Below are positions 60,471-64,000 of a stretch of DNA of 64,000 nt, piece by piece. This stretch comes from Marsupella aquatica (Eukaryota; Plantae; Marchantiophyta). Positions within the stretch are counted from its first letter, which is position 1. Every line of letters starts with the position of its first letter. The stretch covers positions 13,485,037 through 13,549,036 of the forward strand of contig OZ316891.1 of assembly GCA_973895155.1 (NCBI GenBank). Direction: 5' to 3'. The position numbers and the translations under genes are program-made. The notes beneath the pieces are model-generated. The model saw only the letters and a program-made list of their open reading frames with translations. It ran no database searches and was not told the DNA's origin.

Positions 60471-63400
60471 ATGCCACATTGATCCATAGAGTTTTTTAAT
60501 TTCCGGTGCAAACCAACTACTTTCCTTTACATACATAGAGTGAAGAAAAACTGCTGAAACTAAATTTGACAATCAAAAAATAGATATAATAAAATTATAT
60601 CTTTTATAATAAACTAACCTTTGAATGAACAAATAAACTTAAAGCATTTTTTTAATTATTTCAACACTAAATGGGTACAAATGCATTTATTCATATGTGA
60701 ATATGTATTTCTTAAATTGCTAGCATTGAAAAACAGAAAAATGCATTTGTAAAATACCAATTACAAGTTTTCTCATATAAAAATTTCACAAATTTTGATT
60801 CCCAACTATGGCATCGGCTGTTGCATTCATGTAAGAACTCTCCACAACGAGGGCCTTTTTCACTGCCACTACTAACATGGATATATGTCATCCAAGTGAA
60901 TTCATGTTTGAATAAATCTCAGCCAAGCTTACAAACCCTATGTGAGCAAAAGGTCTGGGATGAGATTTCATCCAAGCCTATAGCTCCCACATGCAAGCTC
61001 CCATATGCAGTCAGCCACTATTGGGAAGCTATTATCTAAGAAATGAAAAAGTTATTATTAAGTTCAGTGGAAGTCATGACCTCATAAAGAACTATTATCT
61101 TTAAACTTTTGAAATAACATCATCCCCCAAACTGCCATAAGCTCAGATGTGACCTGCACTCTTCATATGAAAGTCAAGATTTTTAAGTAAATCCATGTTA
61201 AGACCCCACCCTTATCACTTGGAGAATGGAAACTCTTTTTTCTTTCCCAAGCAAAACAAACAAGTTCATTAAGTGGGTCACAAGTTTATTAAGTGAGTCT
61301 CAAATTGAGAACAAGCCCTCTCGTGGATGAGTAGGATCAACTAAATCTTACATCCTACCTACCATCTAGATTGGGCTCTCTCTCTACGTGCCTTTAGAAT
61401 AAGGTATGTTTGTCTTCGCTGACTACTTTTAAGAAATAAAAATTTGTACACCTTGTTGGCATGGTCTTCTCCTTAGCTCTTCAATATCTTATGTTATCCA
61501 CCAGGTTTCTTTATTCACCTTATCTTTATCCTCCTTTGTACCCTGTCATGATATTGTTACTCCAATGTTGCATTTGTTGATGTTGAGATAAGTTGCAAGA
61601 GGATGCCTCAAAGTTAGTTTTGGTCCCCACACTGGTCATAGCATGGTCCTGTCACTGAGACTACCTCTGGTGGCCCCTTCCTCATTGTCCCCACTATCAA
61701 TTGCTCATCACCATCATATCAAGTTCAATCTGCCAAAACAACACAAATTAGGTACAGTAGGGAACTAGGATCTCTATACTATAATTGACAATTAAAGTAT
61801 AGCTTTCATGACCTACTCAATTGATATATATTTAAACTATGCTTGTGAGTAGAGATGGGCATGGGAAGAGTAGAGGAGACTTTTGTGGGTATGCACCGAT
61901 ATCACTATATCAGGCTACTCTTACATAGCATTAATGAATGTACCCCATGCAACTCAATCTATACCCCTATGGTTCATCACACATCAAAATATGATAATGG
62001 TATGGAGTGATGTGGTTCACATGTCATATTTTGATGTGCACTTACTGGGACTGATCTATACAACTCAATCCCCACCTCCATGGCCAGTGACTTTTTAGTT
62101 TCAAATTCTTGGTTAAATTTGTCCTCCTCCACTTATTGCGTAGTGATACAAAGAAAATTCAGTGGAAAAAATAGCCAACTTTGCCCAAATTTCCCTTTAG
62201 CTGCAGTTGGATTTGCCAGATCTTTGAAGATCTGAAGGTTGTTCATAAGATCAGAACACATCTTGAGGCTTTCCATAAATTTGGTAATATTCATAACTAA
62301 GTATATAAGGTGGTTCCCACCTAATTTCCCTCCTCGACCTTCAGGCAATCACCAGTTAAGTCCCTCACAAACAACAGAGAAAACCATTGTTTATGGCTAC
62401 CTTAATGTTCTGCAGGGCTTTGCACCATTCCTTTCAATCTTTGACATGCTTGTGTTACAAGCATCCCCAATAACTTCAAGAATTCAAGTGTTCTTGGCAA
62501 GATTTGGATGTTCCCCCTTTGGAATCATTGTTGCTTTGATCCTACTTCTGAAGTGGTTCCCAGTCTAAGAGTATCAATTTAGCTATTGATTTTCATAGTC
62601 ACAAAGTGGTCATTGAGGAGTGCTGTAGTTTTGAATATTGCTTTTGTTTTTATGGATTACTGTATAAAAATAATGGAATTGGGATTATTCAAATACCCAA
62701 ATCCAACCAAATGATGAGGGATTAGGTACTTGTTCCGAGGTTTAGGTTGCTCAAACATATCTTATCTTACTCTTTTGCGTGGGAGGAGCTAACATAATGA
62801 TTTTATGGATTATGGATTTCAAGCCCTCATGCAAGGCATCTGTACTGCCATAATGAACTAAAAGGGTAAATATAAACTTGTGTCATTGAACTAGTCTCTC
62901 TATCCTCTTGTGGCATTGCTTTCCTCTCCTCAGTCCCTGTTTGCCCCTTTGCCTCTCTTCACCTCCTTTATCTCAATCACATTGTCCATTGCTAACATCT
63001 TTATGATAGAAAATTAGGGAATGTTCCTTATTTTATATCTTTTACAAAGTAGATGTTTTCCCCCTATCTCACCAGGGGGCAAAGGGGGTGAATGGAACTT
63101 ATCTTGTTCTCCTTCAATTCCATCCTCTTGCCCCTCCTTTGTCTGCTTTGGATAGCACTATACCAGGTATTTGTACAAACAATATTTCCTATTTCATACT
63201 CCAGTGGCATGCTCAACACTGTTGGTTTTGGGCGGGAGGTCCAAAACTTAAATCCCTTCCACTTGGATGCTGTGCCAATTGCTTTTCCATTGTTGGTATC
63301 CCACCTTCATGTACTTCTCTGCCATGCAGTATCATATGCTGCCCTTCCTTCTGAGGGAATTCTGAATGAGCATTCCTTGGGAATTCATTTATTGGTGCCC

Positions 63401-63609
63401 TAGTGGGTCATGTTATTGCGTTCTGCTCATCTTGCACAGAAGGTGACAACATTAGGGTGTATGTCTTCACATTTTTGAATGTTACTTAGGGTGCATGGAT
63501 ACACATAAGGGAAAAGTTTGCTGGATACGAGCTGTCCCAACAAGTGTAACTGAATAGTAGCTGTCTGCATTGTGACAACTAACTTTTGAGTTCAAACTTC
63601 AGATTCAAC

Positions 63610-63972
63610 CAGCTTTTGCACAAACCCCCATCCCAAGTGGGGTTTGAGCAAAGTCCTTTGCACACCAAATGTTTGACACTTGGAAAATTGAAGGTCTCTC
63701 TCTTATCACCTAAATGGAAACTGAAAGGTTGGCAGCATCTGGAGTGAAGGGGTTGTAACCTCATCCCAATGTGGACTTCATGAAAGCCATGTGCACATAA
63801 CAAACCTCACACTTAGTTAGAAAATGGAGGTCCCTCTACTAGCATCTAAATGGAAACCGGCAATATCTACGAGGGGGATCCAAGGGGTTGTAATGAACAA
63901 GTTTCCCAGGATTCACCAAAGCTTTGCACACACAAGACAACACTTGGAAAATTGAAGGTCTCTCTCTTACCA
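63610..63972. repeat. Direct repeat
   Basis: ACACTTGGAAAATTGAAGGTCTCTCTCTTA at about 63677 and 63941, with accompanying GCTTTGCACA and AAGGGGTTGTAA blocks. Confidence 0.65.
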
Positions 63973-64000
63973 ACTAGCTTAGTTAGATCTGATTTTGCCC

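Overview
Eukaryotic, intron-rich land-plant nuclear DNA. A non-seed plant is likely, but this is only an inference from gene and TE types. Four intact multi-exon genes were reconstructed by hand from GT/GC-AG signals and reading-frame continuity: (1) a bacterial/fungal-type cysteine synthase (+, 1463-5610, 12 coding exons); (2) a C2-domain protein with a long low-complexity tail (+, 29847-34029); (3) the Rubisco assembly chaperone RbcX, RbcX2-like (-, 38314-41794), which the ORF track shows only as fragments; (4) an organellar oligopeptidase A of peptidase family M3 (-, 48133-55765, 17 exons, one GC-AG intron). Between the genes lie several mobile elements. One is a nested TE cluster: an internally deleted Ty1/copia element (9543-19708, with LTRs, PBS, PPT and GAAAA TSD) holding a CACTA element (10255-17304), which holds a possible second CACTA and a restriction-like-endonuclease (CRE/R2-type) non-LTR retrotransposon. 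There are also a copia solo LTR interrupted by a MITE, further MITE-like and tandem repeats, and a 75-bp satellite next to the OOP start codon. The most unusual object is a 4.5-kb element (20054-24580). It has perfect 15-bp inverted termini and an exact 6-bp flanking direct repeat, and carries one intact 617-aa ORF with no transposase, RT or recombinase motif that I can recognise. All alignments were done by eye and no database searches were run.
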